The notes under the pieces are model-generated. The model did no database searches. It was not told the DNA's origin and worked only from the letters and a program-made list of their open reading frames with translations. The position numbers and the translations under genes were made by a program. Source: a virus. Taken from it: a DNA stretch of 64,000 bases. The stretch covers positions 1-64,000 of the IMG/VR virus record IMGVR_UViG_3300033149_005152; one strand, 5' to 3'. Numbering within the stretch: the stretch's first letter is position 1; each line of letters starts with the position of its first letter. Positions 9,951 to 20,322 of this stretch are shown piece after piece.

Positions 9951-10795
9951 TATTTATCAAGTCGTTTCTTCTTTTCTATTTCTTTCTTACGTTCTACCAT
10001 ACAATCACTTTCTGTTTTTGTCGTATCCCAAATAAATTCAAAATGTTCTTTCTCAAGCCAATTATAAATTCTTCTTATAGGAATAAAATAACCCATATGA
10101 GTAATGGGAACACCCCAACCAGTCACATTCACCATCGAAGGAATTCCAATAAAGTCACCATTTACCAAAAACATAGCTCCGCCACTATTTCCATAAATCA
10201 ATTGAGATGAGGACATATTATACATATAAGAATCAACTGTATGATTTTGTCTGGTAATTACGCCAACGGTAGGCAATGGGGGTAAGAGTAAAGAACATCC
10301 TACAGCTACAGTCTCATCCATCACGTGAATATCGTTTAATTTGTTTCTCGGATATAAATCAGCAACATATTTGTAAGGCTCCTCAGACCTTAACTTCAAT
10401 AATGCCATATCCTCCACACGATTATAAGCTACAATATCTGCTTCTACTTTTAAAGCTCCAATTGGAATTGATATATTTTTATATTTAAAAATCTCAACAT
10501 ACATAACAGATAACTTTTCCTTTTTAACATTTTTCTGTAAATCACGATCCCATTCATCCTCTATTTTTATAGAGGCAGCTATAACATGATGATTAGTCAA
10601 AACATATGTTGACTTATCCTTAGAATAAATAACAGTTCCAGAACCCCCCCTAGAAGAACTATCTGTTATCCTAACTACAGGATAAATATATTTTTCATGA
10701 GCTAATAATCCAGTCAAAGCTGAAAACACTGTAGTATGTGATAAAAAGATAGTAATCAATACCACCATAAAACCAACAAATATTTTAGATTTCAT
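9950..10795 (-). CDS. Trypsin-like (S1) serine protease with signal peptide
   Basis: GSG, TNHHV (H), DMALL (D), GNSGG (S). Confidence 0.9.
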   Translation of the reverse strand: MKSKIFVGFMVVLITIFLSHTTVFSALTGLLAHEKYIYPVVRITDSSSRGGSGTVIYSKDKSTYVLTNHHVIAASIKIEDEWDRDLQKNVKKEKLSVMYVEIFKYKNISIPIGALKVEADIVAYNRVEDMALLKLRSEEPYKYVADLYPRNKLNDIHVMDETVAVGCSLLLPPLPTVGVITRQNHTVDSYMYNMSSSQLIYGNSGGAMFLVNGDFIGIPSMVNVTGWGVPITHMGYFIPIRRIYNWLEKEHFEFIWDTTKTESDCMVERKKEIEKKKRLDK

Positions 10796-10797
10796 TA

Positions 10798-11358
10798 TTA
10801 ATCCTCCTCTCTATCTATCATTTTATATTTTTGAACACATTTTTGACACCACCAAGGACTCTCGAAAACATCGGGAAAATGCTTTAATTGCTCTGTTGTA
10901 CCTACTGTTACACCACAAAGGGAAGTACAAAACCTTCTTCTTGACCTATTAAACCACCTATTATATATGTGAATAGTTGGATGCCCACCAGCAGAATATT
11001 TTCTACCCAACAGATGTTTTAATTTCTGCATTTTTACATATTCTATTTTCCTTATTTTTAATTCTAATGGAAAATCATATCTCTTATATTTCTTATTATC
11101 TACTTTTACTATTACATCCCCATCATGCGGTGTTAATTCAAAAAAATCACATTCATTATGAAACTTATTTAATTTTAATTCCCTATAATGACTATTCCTC
11201 CATCTCATCATATAACACGTCAATGGACTCACCACAGCCACGCCTTTTATTTTACACGGAATCACGGCATTATCTCTTAACCACAACGTTGTAGATTCAG
11301 ACATAGCCAATTCCTTCCTTATAATTAAAAAATATCCACCTAACATACAAATTTTCAT
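10798..11358 (-). CDS. Hypothetical protein with C-terminal H..C..CxxC zinc site (start may be 11304)
   Basis: HIY..SLCG..WCQKC; AAGGAAGG before ATG 11304. Confidence 0.55.
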   Translation of the reverse strand: MKICMLGGYFLIIRKELAMSESTTLWLRDNAVIPCKIKGVAVVSPLTCYMMRWRNSHYRELKLNKFHNECDFFELTPHDGDVIVKVDNKKYKRYDFPLELKIRKIEYVKMQKLKHLLGRKYSAGGHPTIHIYNRWFNRSRRRFCTSLCGVTVGTTEQLKHFPDVFESPWWCQKCVQKYKMIDREED

Positions 11359-11361
11359 ACA

Positions 11362-11715
11362 TCAATTAAGCGTTACATTTACTTCTCTTATAACCGGCCC
11401 CTCATCCGGATGGTGAAAATCCTGAAAACTTACTATTCTACCAGATGTTAATATTGTATTACCGAAATTATCTTGACCGTCAGACACCTGAAAACCTATC
11501 ATATTAGAAAAAGAATTTAAAGTTGTGGCATTAAAAATTATTCTATAATTATGCTGAATTTCCACCCCCTTATTATCTACGGTTCTACGCCTATCCCCTT
11601 GAATTAGGCATACTACAGAATTAATAACAGTACCCATTATCTTATCACCATGCGCATCTTGACCAGTTACAGGGGTTATAGAAATTTTATGTGTTAAAAA
11701 ATGATCAAAATCCAT
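11362..11715 (-). CDS. Head-closure/stopper protein
   Basis: D.HGD....C.IQ...R.V.D..G.E pattern; follows the adaptor gene. Confidence 0.6.
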   Translation of the reverse strand: MDFDHFLTHKISITPVTGQDAHGDKIMGTVINSVVCLIQGDRRRTVDNKGVEIQHNYRIIFNATTLNSFSNMIGFQVSDGQDNFGNTILTSGRIVSFQDFHHPDEGPVIREVNVTLN

Positions 11716-11717
11716 TT

Positions 11718-12257
11718 CTATCCCCTCAATATCCTAGGCCCTACTCGATAAGCAGCCAAAAGAGAAGAAGCTTCAGGACATAATCTATTTATTCCGTCTC
11801 TATAACTATAAGATTCAGACACCCCACCAGCAGATTTACTCACCGAATAAATACCTTGAGATTTAAATTCTTGATGTATTGTTCTCTTACCAGAATATTT
11901 TAATATAAATAATGCTTGGTAACAACATGCTTGTTCAACAGTTCTTTTCATTTCCGCCTGATAAATGTTCCAAGTACTAGTAGCACTTATGACCTGTCCC
12001 CAAGGGAAAGGTTCTTCACCAGGTGGAATACGTGGAAACTCAAGAATTTGGTCATAATATAATCTTTGACCATCATAATTATAGGCATTAATATCATAAG
12101 TTGCGAGTATCAAGGCTTTAGCTCGTGTATCAGTTGTAGCAACAGTCCAAGCATCATCATCTATAATGGTATTGGAAACAAAACTAGTGGCATCTGTTAA
12201 AGACACGTAACAATTATCACCAGAACCCCCCCAAGAAGCTACTAGTGTAATAGCCAT
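11718..12257 (-). CDS. Head-tail adaptor (DnaT-like/gp15-like)
   Basis: NCYVSL.DA..F, ALILAT..I, QILEFPR, A.C.QAL, GGVSESYS. Confidence 0.75.
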   Translation of the reverse strand: MAITLVASWGGSGDNCYVSLTDATSFVSNTIIDDDAWTVATTDTRAKALILATYDINAYNYDGQRLYYDQILEFPRIPPGEEPFPWGQVISATSTWNIYQAEMKRTVEQACCYQALFILKYSGKRTIHQEFKSQGIYSVSKSAGGVSESYSYRDGINRLCPEASSLLAAYRVGPRILRG

Positions 12258-12294
12258 TAATCAATCACCTCGTATTTATTCTCGATGTATTTCT

Positions 12295-12612
12295 TCATTT
12301 ATTTAATCCCCTCTTAATCAACTCATCAGGTCTAACTACAATATCTCCTACTTCTTTATTAGAAGGTCTGTCTTCTTTTTTTAATCGTTCTACTATGCTC
12401 TTAGGAGGTTCTCCCCCTCGTGCATCCCAAGCGTGCCATACCCTACTTTGATTATTTTTCATATTAATTTGAATGTGTCCTGGTCGGGGAAATGGGAGTC
12501 TCTTAGCATTACCCCCACAAGGACATAAAATATACAAAGGCGAATCTTTCACAGAAAAATACATATCCCTTATCTCATCACATTTTTCACATCTAAATTC
12601 ATATATCGGCAT
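12295..12612 (-). CDS. FmdB-family zinc-ribbon protein
   Basis: MPIYEFRCEKC...CPCGG..AKR; GGAGGT SD before ATG 12612. Confidence 0.8.
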   Translation of the reverse strand: MPIYEFRCEKCDEIRDMYFSVKDSPLYILCPCGGNAKRLPFPRPGHIQINMKNNQSRVWHAWDARGGEPPKSIVERLKKEDRPSNKEVGDIVVRPDELIKRGLNK

Positions 12613-12883
12613 GAACCATACCTCCACCATATTGAGATTCCAATTTTGTAACATCTTCTATAAATTGCTCATCTCTTTTATATTTGTCTTTGGTTGGAAT
12701 TTTATGAACCATCTTTTTAGGAACTCTATTTAATTCCACATTCTTTCTAATACATTTACAAACTATTGCCCTTTTAACATTATCTTCTATAATATATCCT
12801 ATTCTACCCAAACCATAACAAAATTTACAGGAAGGTTTGGCATATTTTAAATATTTAGTAGGCACTTCCACATATTTCTTCAT
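12599..12883 (-). CDS. Zinc-finger protein
   Basis: CKFCYGLG...CKC. Confidence 0.6.
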   Translation of the reverse strand: MKKYVEVPTKYLKYAKPSCKFCYGLGRIGYIIEDNVKRAIVCKCIRKNVELNRVPKKMVHKIPTKDKYKRDEQFIEDVTKLESQYGGGMVHADI

Positions 12884-13956
12884 TTATTTAATACCCTCTC
12901 ACATACTTTTAGAAACTCTTTAGCTGTATTATTTATATCAAACTGTTTTTTTGCTAAAAGATATTGTTTTTTTCTTAATACTTCTCTATTTTTATGTGTC
13001 TTGAGCCACACCCAAGCCTTTTCAAGAGCATCACATACAGAAGTTGCCCATCCAAATTTATATGTAAAAAATCCAAAATTATCACAACAATCAGGAACCA
13101 CTACCTGGCATCCGCAAGCCATAGCTTCTTTTTGAACCCTACTATGTGTAATAACAGAAGATAATACAATATCAGCACTTCTTAAAAATTTCTCACATTC
13201 AGGAACCATTGCGTTAATAGAACCTATACCATCTTCCATATTATAATTTGATATGTAAGAGGCCCATATTTTAAATTCTCGCTCTTTCAATTTTCTATGT
13301 GGTGCTCCAAACAAGTGTAATCTCGCCAAAGGATATTTTTCCCAAAATAACTTGTATCCCATTAATGGGACAAATGGGTCTTTATTTTCTCGCCATACAT
13401 CAAATAAAGAAACAGTTGGGCTACCGGATAAAGGAAAGGATATTCCATTATAATTATACTTTTTTAAATCAATACCAGGTGGAAGTAAACAAATATTTAT
13501 ATCTTTTCTTTTATAACATATAGCTTCAAGAAAAGGAAGATGCCTTTTCCACATAGTAACATATGCTTTCACATTTTTATTTCTGACCAAGTTAATTACA
13601 GTAGAAAATGGAGCAGGATTATTCTTATCAAATTGGTATAATTCTGTTCTCATCAATGCTTCTGGCATCGAGTGTCCAAACATGATAATCGGTGTTCCGT
13701 CCATGTTGTAAGGATTAGGAACAATTGTATGATTTATATAAAGATCAGCACTTAACGGTTGACCAACCAAAGGATCAGTATAAAAATTATCTGCAATTTT
13801 ATCGCCACCCAAAGGGCCATTATATCCTGGACTCACTATAGGAGATACTATCCTATGATCCACACCCAATCTTCTCATCGCCAAAGCAAGATCACGTGTT
13901 GTCTCATATAAACCGGAACGATTAGGACCATACATAGCAAAACTAATTATTTTCAT
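12880..13956 (-). CDS. GT4/GT-B glycosyltransferase
   Basis: SGLYET N-terminus, PPGIDL, KDP, EAMACGCQVV. Confidence 0.8.
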   Translation of the reverse strand: MKIISFAMYGPNRSGLYETTRDLALAMRRLGVDHRIVSPIVSPGYNGPLGGDKIADNFYTDPLVGQPLSADLYINHTIVPNPYNMDGTPIIMFGHSMPEALMRTELYQFDKNNPAPFSTVINLVRNKNVKAYVTMWKRHLPFLEAICYKRKDINICLLPPGIDLKKYNYNGISFPLSGSPTVSLFDVWRENKDPFVPLMGYKLFWEKYPLARLHLFGAPHRKLKEREFKIWASYISNYNMEDGIGSINAMVPECEKFLRSADIVLSSVITHSRVQKEAMACGCQVVVPDCCDNFGFFTYKFGWATSVCDALEKAWVWLKTHKNREVLRKKQYLLAKKQFDINNTAKEFLKVCERVLNK

Positions 13957-13979
13957 TTTATATTCCTAATCAACTAATT

Positions 13980-14252
13980 TCATTTCTTATTAACTTTTGT
14001 TCCTAATTCTTTATCTATCGTAAACCCATAAACAGCATAATAAACATCACGCATTTCCTTTACCAATTTCTCAACTTCCTCGACATTAATTCTGCCATCC
14101 CGCATTGCATCCTCTATACAAGCAATAACTTCAGTTACTTCCTTCAAAACTTTTTTTACTCTAGAAGAAATAATGTAGAACTTACGGAGATAAACACCTC
14201 CCACAACAATTCCTAAAGTTAAAACCAAACTTGCAATTTCAAACCAGTCCAT
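13980..14252 (-). CDS. Membrane protein, holin-like candidate
   Basis: One N-terminal TM helix; SD before ATG 14252. Confidence 0.4.
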   Translation of the reverse strand: MDWFEIASLVLTLGIVVGGVYLRKFYIISSRVKKVLKEVTEVIACIEDAMRDGRINVEEVEKLVKEMRDVYYAVYGFTIDKELGTKVNKK

Positions 14253-14256
14253 ATTT

Positions 14257-14859
14257 TTAATCCTCCTCTCTATTATAAATAAAACGAGTGTAAATAAATC
14301 TCCCGTAATGAAAATCATATTCTGAATAAATTCTTTTAAATCCCAAAAAACGCATAAGAATATCTAAATCCGAAATTTTTATAAAATTATCTATTATTTG
14401 TTTTTGTTCTTGAGGAACATCATGCAAGGGTATACTTATCATAAATCTACCACACTGCTTCAATCCCTTAGATAATTTATGTATTAAAAGATTCCGATGA
14501 TTAACTTGAATATGTTCTATTACATCAAATAAATATATCACATCATATTTTTGTGTAAGAAGTTGCTCCCTGAAATCGTAACGTTGAAAAAAAATTTCCG
14601 GATTCAAATTTTTAGCTACTTTTATACACCTGTCAGAAATATCTACACCATGACACTTTATTCCCAAAGAATGGGTATAAGATGTTATAATGCCAATCGA
14701 ACATCCAAAATCAAGCACAACATCTTCTTTTCTTACAGTACGACAAATAAAAGATTTAAGTGCCTGTATTCGATCATTAGCTTTCTGTTTAAGAAAATGA
14801 GGCACAAATCCATCATAAAAAGAAGCCACATCCTTAGAAGTTATATTTTCTATTTCCAT
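14257..14859 (-). CDS. Class I SAM-dependent methyltransferase
   Basis: VLDFGCSIG, GVDIS, YDVIYLFDVIEHI. Confidence 0.9.
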   Translation of the reverse strand: MEIENITSKDVASFYDGFVPHFLKQKANDRIQALKSFICRTVRKEDVVLDFGCSIGIITSYTHSLGIKCHGVDISDRCIKVAKNLNPEIFFQRYDFREQLLTQKYDVIYLFDVIEHIQVNHRNLLIHKLSKGLKQCGRFMISIPLHDVPQEQKQIIDNFIKISDLDILMRFLGFKRIYSEYDFHYGRFIYTRFIYNREED

Positions 14860-14862
14860 TCA

Positions 14863-15315
14863 TTACACCATTGATAACAATACAGCCACCCAATTAAAAA
14901 ACTCTGGTGCATACAATTTTATAATATCAATTACCGGTTTTGAAAAAAACCTATTCCTATAACCCCTCATTTCTCCTAATTCATCAATGGTTAATTCCCG
15001 TGTTAAAGCTATTCTACCTAATCTTTCATAATCATTCAACAATTTAACAGATTCATGATTTAACAAACTTAAATTAATACCTAACGATTTCTTCAATACT
15101 ATTGATTCATAAGCAGCTACCTTAGCTAATTTCCTCATCATTTCAATATCATTTTCTATAAAAGTTATATATTGCTGGTTTGCGATAACTAACATATTTG
15201 ACAACTTTACATCATTCGATGTTGTAGTACATCCTAAGAAAAATACGGACAATAATATTGTAACACCTATGACCAAAATTTTCACATCAACCCCCCCAAT
15301 TTGGATAATTTCCAT
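14863..15315 (-). CDS. Lipoprotein (likely start GTG 15285)
   Basis: Signal peptide ending in lipobox FLGC. Confidence 0.6.
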   Translation of the reverse strand: MEIIQIGGVDVKILVIGVTILLSVFFLGCTTTSNDVKLSNMLVIANQQYITFIENDIEMMRKLAKVAAYESIVLKKSLGINLSLLNHESVKLLNDYERLGRIALTRELTIDELGEMRGYRNRFFSKPVIDIIKLYAPEFFNWVAVLLSMV

Positions 15316-16094
15316 TTTTTATATTTATGAGTTATCTTGCTATCTTTAATCGTTATTTCAAAAATTGATTTCTCTTCGGGAGTCCTACCAGCAGCATGTA
15401 TTAAAGGAATTCCTTTTATATTATTCCATAATCCATCAACATGACGATGTCCAAACAACACAACATCAACCCGTCCATATAAAACTTTCCACAACTCTTT
15501 TGCATCCTGTAATTCCATAAAAGGTTCATTATGAATAAAAGGATGATGATGCAAATACACAATTATGATTTCTGACTCTTTCATTAAATTTAAGGTTCCA
15601 TCTAAAATAAAATTTAAATTCTCTAATTGTTCGGTTCCAATTCTACCACAAGCAAAATCAAAAGGATGATAAGTGCGAATACATGAATTTAATCCGATTA
15701 ACATAATTTTTTCTGTTTTCGTAGTTATATAAGTAACTCTTGGTTCATCTCCAAAAGAAACTCCAACATTTTTACTAAAATAATTCACAAACTCGTCTGC
15801 ATTTTCTTTTGATTCATCATTATAAAATATCCCTACAGCACCTTCATCGTGATTACCCTGAATTGGAAAATATTTACCTTTCCACTTCTCCATCGCTTTC
15901 CGAACCTCTTCAAATTCATCCCTATATCCATTATGGGTTATATCTCCAGTATCAACAATATACACATTCTCATTTTGCTTCTTCTCAAATTCCATATCTA
16001 AAAAATCTGAAAATAATTGCAAGTTATTTATATCTTCATTTGAAAAACTAAAAAGCTTCTGATGTCTGTCACTTATATGCCATAACCTAATCAT
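15282..16094 (-). CDS. Calcineurin-like metallophosphoesterase
   Basis: HISDRH, TGDIT, GNHD, HHHP, GHRH. Confidence 0.92.
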   Translation of the reverse strand: MIRLWHISDRHQKLFSFSNEDINNLQLFSDFLDMEFEKKQNENVYIVDTGDITHNGYRDEFEEVRKAMEKWKGKYFPIQGNHDEGAVGIFYNDESKENADEFVNYFSKNVGVSFGDEPRVTYITTKTEKIMLIGLNSCIRTYHPFDFACGRIGTEQLENLNFILDGTLNLMKESEIIIVYLHHHPFIHNEPFMELQDAKELWKVLYGRVDVVLFGHRHVDGLWNNIKGIPLIHAAGRTPEEKSIFEITIKDSKITHKYKKWKLSKLGGLM

Positions 16095-16139
16095 AATTTA
16101 TCCCCTACATTATCTTTATAAACCCCAAATTTCCCCATC

Positions 16140-17171
16140 TCATATCTCCCTTAAGATATATGCTACAGCATCCTGGGATAACTTTTCAGCATCCCTACTT
16201 TGACAAACCATCTCTCTACATTTACTAGATAAAAAAGTCATATCCTTAATTCTCATCTCTTTTACAACTGATCTAAAATTACCAATCAATTCTTCAAATC
16301 CCTTAAAAATAAATTCAGAATATATATCTTCTGCACCTTTCCAACAATGCACCATAGGAATACATCCGCATGCCATAGCTTCCATTACAGAAGCATGATA
16401 ACCTTCTTCATTTGATAAACTCAAAAAGAAATCTACGTTTTGATAAAATTTTGACATATCTTGAATATGCCCCAAAAAATTCACACGATCTTGTAAATTT
16501 AAAGCAGTAATTAAGTCTAGACAATTTTGATAATATTCAACATTTCCATAACCAGAAAAAGGATTAGCATAACTACCAGCAATATGTAATTCATATTGTA
16601 ATTCTGGTTCCTGATAATAACTAGTCATTTTTTCTCTTTGAGCGTAAACTATATCTCCTAAAAGCTGAATGGCAGTATAAAATCTTTTTTTAGGTACAAT
16701 TCTGCCAGTCATTCCTATTTTTAATGGTAATTTATAAGTTCTTGGTGTCTCTGGCATAACAAATTTAGAAATATCCACCCCCTCAGGTAATACGACCATC
16801 TTTTGGGGCGAATATTTCAAACTATACTTAGTTTGCTCTTCAAACCTTTGTTTCACATGATCGGCAATAAATATGAGTAGATTGACCTTACTCCAATCCC
16901 AAGAACTTATCTGAGAATTATAAACTTCAATCCTATGAAGACGAACGACAATAGGCTTATCACAATATTTTAATAAATCGGATAAGGGGTCTTGAGCAAA
17001 ATCAACAAATACAAAATCACACCAATTAGTTAACCGGCCAATCTGTAAATAATTAAATTTAACATCAGTTGTATGATTATATTTTTGTATTTCGCAGCCA
17101 GCATTTAAAAACGCCTTTTCTAAATTTCCAAAAAAATTAGTATTAGTAGAGATTAAAGCCATCTTTTTCAT
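16140..17171 (-). CDS. GT4/GT-B glycosyltransferase
   Basis: VRLHRIE, GVDISKF, GRIVPKK, EGYHASVMEAMACG (ExxxxxxxE). Confidence 0.9.
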   Translation of the reverse strand: MKKMALISTNTNFFGNLEKAFLNAGCEIQKYNHTTDVKFNYLQIGRLTNWCDFVFVDFAQDPLSDLLKYCDKPIVVRLHRIEVYNSQISSWDWSKVNLLIFIADHVKQRFEEQTKYSLKYSPQKMVVLPEGVDISKFVMPETPRTYKLPLKIGMTGRIVPKKRFYTAIQLLGDIVYAQREKMTSYYQEPELQYELHIAGSYANPFSGYGNVEYYQNCLDLITALNLQDRVNFLGHIQDMSKFYQNVDFFLSLSNEEGYHASVMEAMACGCIPMVHCWKGAEDIYSEFIFKGFEELIGNFRSVVKEMRIKDMTFLSSKCREMVCQSRDAEKLSQDAVAYILREI

Positions 17172-17194
17172 ATACTAAATCTCCCATAAATTAT

Positions 17195-17752
17195 TTACTT
17201 AGGAACAACAAATACACCAAAAGTTCCATTATCATCAGCATGAGTTATGATGCAAGAATCAGCACTTCGTGAACTAATATAAGGCGGAGGATTACTTTGC
17301 ATCATCGTGGCAGCACCAGAATTAAGAGGAATCAACATCACAAAACCATCAACTCCAATATTTGCATTCACAATGGAATCTGAAGTACCAGAAAAAACCA
17401 CACTAAACATTTGTAAATCGTCAAAATCCATAACCCCAGTCATTGTTCCACCAGCAAGAGGTAACATACCGTCAGTAGTAGCTTCGACAGAAGTCAACTT
17501 AGCAGAAGCGGTATCCAAAGTTGTTTCAACAGATGAAGCTTTAGTAACAGCAGTATCTAAAGTTGTTTCAGTAGAAGTAACTTTTTCAGATACAGTATCT
17601 AAAGTAGCTTCGATACTATCGGCAGTAGCCTCTATGGAAGTCAACTTTTCAGAATCACTTTCTAAAAATGTACCCAATTTAGGACCAAATTCTCCGCCAA
17701 GTGCGGGACACGCATGATTCAAACGATCAATTAGGTCAGCAGTCCAAGCCAT
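17195..17752 (-). CDS. Head decoration/fibre-like protein with S/T-rich ~14-residue repeats
   Basis: EATLDTVSEKVTST-type repeats; LPLAGGTMTG fibre motif; just downstream of the capsid gene. Confidence 0.55.
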   Translation of the reverse strand: MAWTADLIDRLNHACPALGGEFGPKLGTFLESDSEKLTSIEATADSIEATLDTVSEKVTSTETTLDTAVTKASSVETTLDTASAKLTSVEATTDGMLPLAGGTMTGVMDFDDLQMFSVVFSGTSDSIVNANIGVDGFVMLIPLNSGAATMMQSNPPPYISSRSADSCIITHADDNGTFGVFVVPK

Positions 17753-17795
17753 TTATATAAAAACACCTCATCTTTCAAATTTGAAATACGATACA

Positions 17796-18137
17796 TTAAT
17801 ATATATCAAAATTTTGGTCTGGATTCAAAATGCCCAATCCTTTACGCATTTCTTCACGCCAGACATTAAGAGCAATTTCATTGATTTCCCTTCCAGAACG
17901 CATTGTCATTATTCCTATATAAATTTCCCATAGAATTTTAAATGCTTCCTCTACATTCTTCTCCATTTCCATTTTTTCCTCTTCCAACCTGTTCACTTTC
18001 AACATATACAAATCCAATTTTTTTTCGCACTTTTCAATTTCAGAAATATTCTGATTTGATATTTCCTCACCTTTTATAACCCTAACTTTTGTCTTTTTCT
18101 TCATAATTTCCTCCAAAAATAAAAGGGAGAAATTCAT
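17796..18137 (-). CDS. Hypothetical coiled-coil protein
   Basis: ORF; likely start at MKKKTK after GGAGG. Confidence 0.55.
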   Translation of the reverse strand: MNFSLLFLEEIMKKKTKVRVIKGEEISNQNISEIEKCEKKLDLYMLKVNRLEEEKMEMEKNVEEAFKILWEIYIGIMTMRSGREINEIALNVWREEMRKGLGILNPDQNFDIY

Positions 18138-18181
18138 TTATTAAAACAATAAAATTGTAAATATAAATAAAACTTCTCCCT
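18124..18181 (-). terminator. Long-stem intrinsic terminator after the capsid gene
   Basis: AGGGAGAAGTT...AATTTCTCCCT stem with inner pairings, followed by TTTATTTTT. Confidence 0.7.
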
Positions 18182-18202
18182 GTCTGTCAATCAAATTTCA
18201 AA

Positions 18203-20322
18203 TCAACCAGCATAACCCTTTGCCATACCTTTTTCATTTTTAATTTCCGTAGTGTATTCACCAATAATCATACCCTTCTGTGAATCACCCGTAATAGAAA
18301 CCTTTTTATGAGCAAATGATCTACCCTGTAAATTTAGGACTCTAACTCTAGGAGTCGCAGTAATAATCAAAGAACTTGCTCGCATCCACCGACACAGCAT
18401 AACTTCCAACACACCAAAAGTTCCCTCGTAATAAGAAACTAAATTACGATGTTTCATTTCCGCATTATCGGTACGTGTGCGAGTGCTGTTCCATGTATCT
18501 ATAATACGCTTCCAATTAGCATCCACAGCAATAACATCAATATCACTTCCACCATTATCCCATGCCTTTTTTGTTATACTACCCAACCAAGATTCTGTAA
18601 GAGTAGCAAGAGACTGAGAATTAGTAGAAATCCTACTCCAAAGACCCTGCATTGTCCTATATGCAGTAGCACTACCAAGAGTATTACCAGATAAAACAGA
18701 CAAGAAAGTAGCCTGCTCCAAATCACGAAGCACTTCTCGCATCCTTTGACTCTGCTGATAAGTATACTCAGATGTTATATTACCCAGCTGAGTTACTGCT
18801 TCCTGGGTACCACTGACAATAATATCTTTTTTCATGATCTGGCAATAATTAGTTTTGCGAGACCTAGGTTGCGAAATATCCAGACTTACGTCTGAACCTT
18901 CCAATGCAGTTGAGTGTAAAACTCTAAAACTTTGACCCGCAGCATAAGAGGAAGCAACAGTTCCCCCAAAACTACGAGTTACAGTAAGAGTATTAGTTGT
19001 AGAATTATAAGTTATACTATTAATCCGAACATATTCGGTATTGTCTCCAACTGTAGGCATCATAAGTACATCGCCAGGTTGGAGAAAACGTCCATCGTTA
19101 TTAGTAAGTGTTACATTATCCTCAGTTGTAGTACCCATAGCAGTTGAAGAAACAACAGTAGCAGGATTCAACACATCTTCTAACCATTCCATTTTTGTTA
19201 CTATTTGCAACTTGCAAACGAAGTAGTCATTTCTGCTACTTTCTACATATCTCTATGCAGATCGGACTATATCATCACCAAATAAGGTGGGAAGCATGTA
19301 GTCTCTGGGCAAAAAGGAAAATAAATCTAATTAATTAAATCAATATCCTTATTTTCTCTAACATTTTTAATTAACTCTAAATCGGTAGTTTCATAAGGAT
19401 GATGGTTAGGTAATTTTAAACGTCTATCACAAAACTTTAAAAGATTTTCAGCTTTATGTTTTTTTCCTACTAAATACGGTATTAATTTAGGGAGAGAATT
19501 ATAACAACGCTTTATACCTTGTATAATAATCTCATATTTAATCTTCCATTCAGGATGCCTATTATTTTTTTTTGATTGCACATAATGAGGAATCCCTAAA
19601 TAATCCAACAATTCAATAGCCTGATTAATTATAATTAAATCAGTATTAACTATAGCTACTCTAGGATTCCATCCATTTTGTTTAACTTTAGAACTGCTAC
19701 GCTTAATAATAGTTACCATCCCCTCACCGTCTATAATACCACCTAACCAAAATAATAAATTTTCCTTTCTTTGCTGCTGATTGTCTAATATCAATTGTTA
19801 TCACCTCATTAGTAAATTGATCTCTAAAGAGTTTCCAGCATATAGCTTCCTTTAATCTCCACAAATTTACCTATGGAGAACATTACGTGCGGGATAAGGA
19901 GCATCACCAATTCTATCAAGAAAAGGAGTTTCATAGGGGCTTATCATCCCTATTTCTTCTGCTACATCCTCAGCAGTAACGTCAAAAACACCACTATCAT
20001 ATAAAGCTTTCAATTTTGTTATCGTGAAATCGTTTAAATTTCACTTCTTATAGTTTCCTATAAGTTCAGACTATTTCTTTCCTTTCGGAGAGGGCACTCG
20101 TGCTGATATTACCGGCATATCAAAAAAATGACTTAGCCTCGATCAATAGTCGTTGAACCCACCTAACAATTTCTTGTAAGGCTTGGCTTAGCGTTACCAT
20201 ATATAAATAAATCTTCATATTTATACTTAGGCTTCCACTAAATTCACCCTCTTTGCATCCATGAGCAAAAATCATATATCAATTTACTCATGATGGGGCT
20301 ATAACTAACCCGTAAAAGCCAA
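18203..20322 (-). CDS. Major capsid protein (SU10/DUF5309-like), 379 aa; exons 20308-20322, 19873-20010, 18203-19189
   Basis: Spliced product MAFTG|KALYDSGVFDVTAEDVAEEIGMISPYETPFLDRIGDAPYPARNVLH|EWLEDVLNP...NYCQI..VSGTQ..GEYT; TTG start with GAGGTG SD; all junctions in frame; follows the scaffold gene. Confidence 0.9.
19190..19872 (-). mobile_element. Group I intron 2 (683 nt) in the capsid gene, with homing endonuclease gene
   Basis: P1 CUCCAU/GUGGAG; P AUGCUGGAAA; Q AAUCAGCAG; R CAGAGACUA; S AUGAUAUAGUCC; P3 GGAAGC/GCUUCC; terminal G at 19190. Confidence 0.93.
19327..19794 (-). CDS. Single-motif LAGLIDADG homing endonuclease (intron-encoded)
   Basis: WLGGIIDGEG motif, I.NTD, PYLVGKK; TTG start after GAGGTGA. 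Confidence 0.9.
   Translation of the reverse strand: MILDNQQQRKENLLFWLGGIIDGEGMVTIIKRSSSKVKQNGWNPRVAIVNTDLIIINQAIELLDYLGIPHYVQSKKNNRHPEWKIKYEIIIQGIKRCYNSLPKLIPYLVGKKHKAENLLKFCDRRLKLPNHHPYETTDLELIKNVRENKDIDLIN
20011..20307 (-). mobile_element. Group I intron 1 (297 nt, no ORF) in the capsid gene
   Basis: P1 GGGU/GCCC with U.G at the 5' splice site; P3 GAGGGU/GCCCUC; R UUCAACGACUA and S AAGAAAUAGUC (P7); P9 GAAA loop; terminal G at 20011. Confidence 0.92.

Noticed and set aside
10798-14273. 17-bp repeat TTAATCCTCCTCTCTAT at 10798-10814 and 14257-14273
   Set aside because: Mostly a stop codon plus a strong SD, 3.5 kb apart and spanning core structural genes; convergence is sufficient
19190-19210. 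ORF-track start MQIVTKM for the capsid protein
   Set aside because: These codons lie in the 3' end of intron 2; the true N-terminus comes from upstream exons
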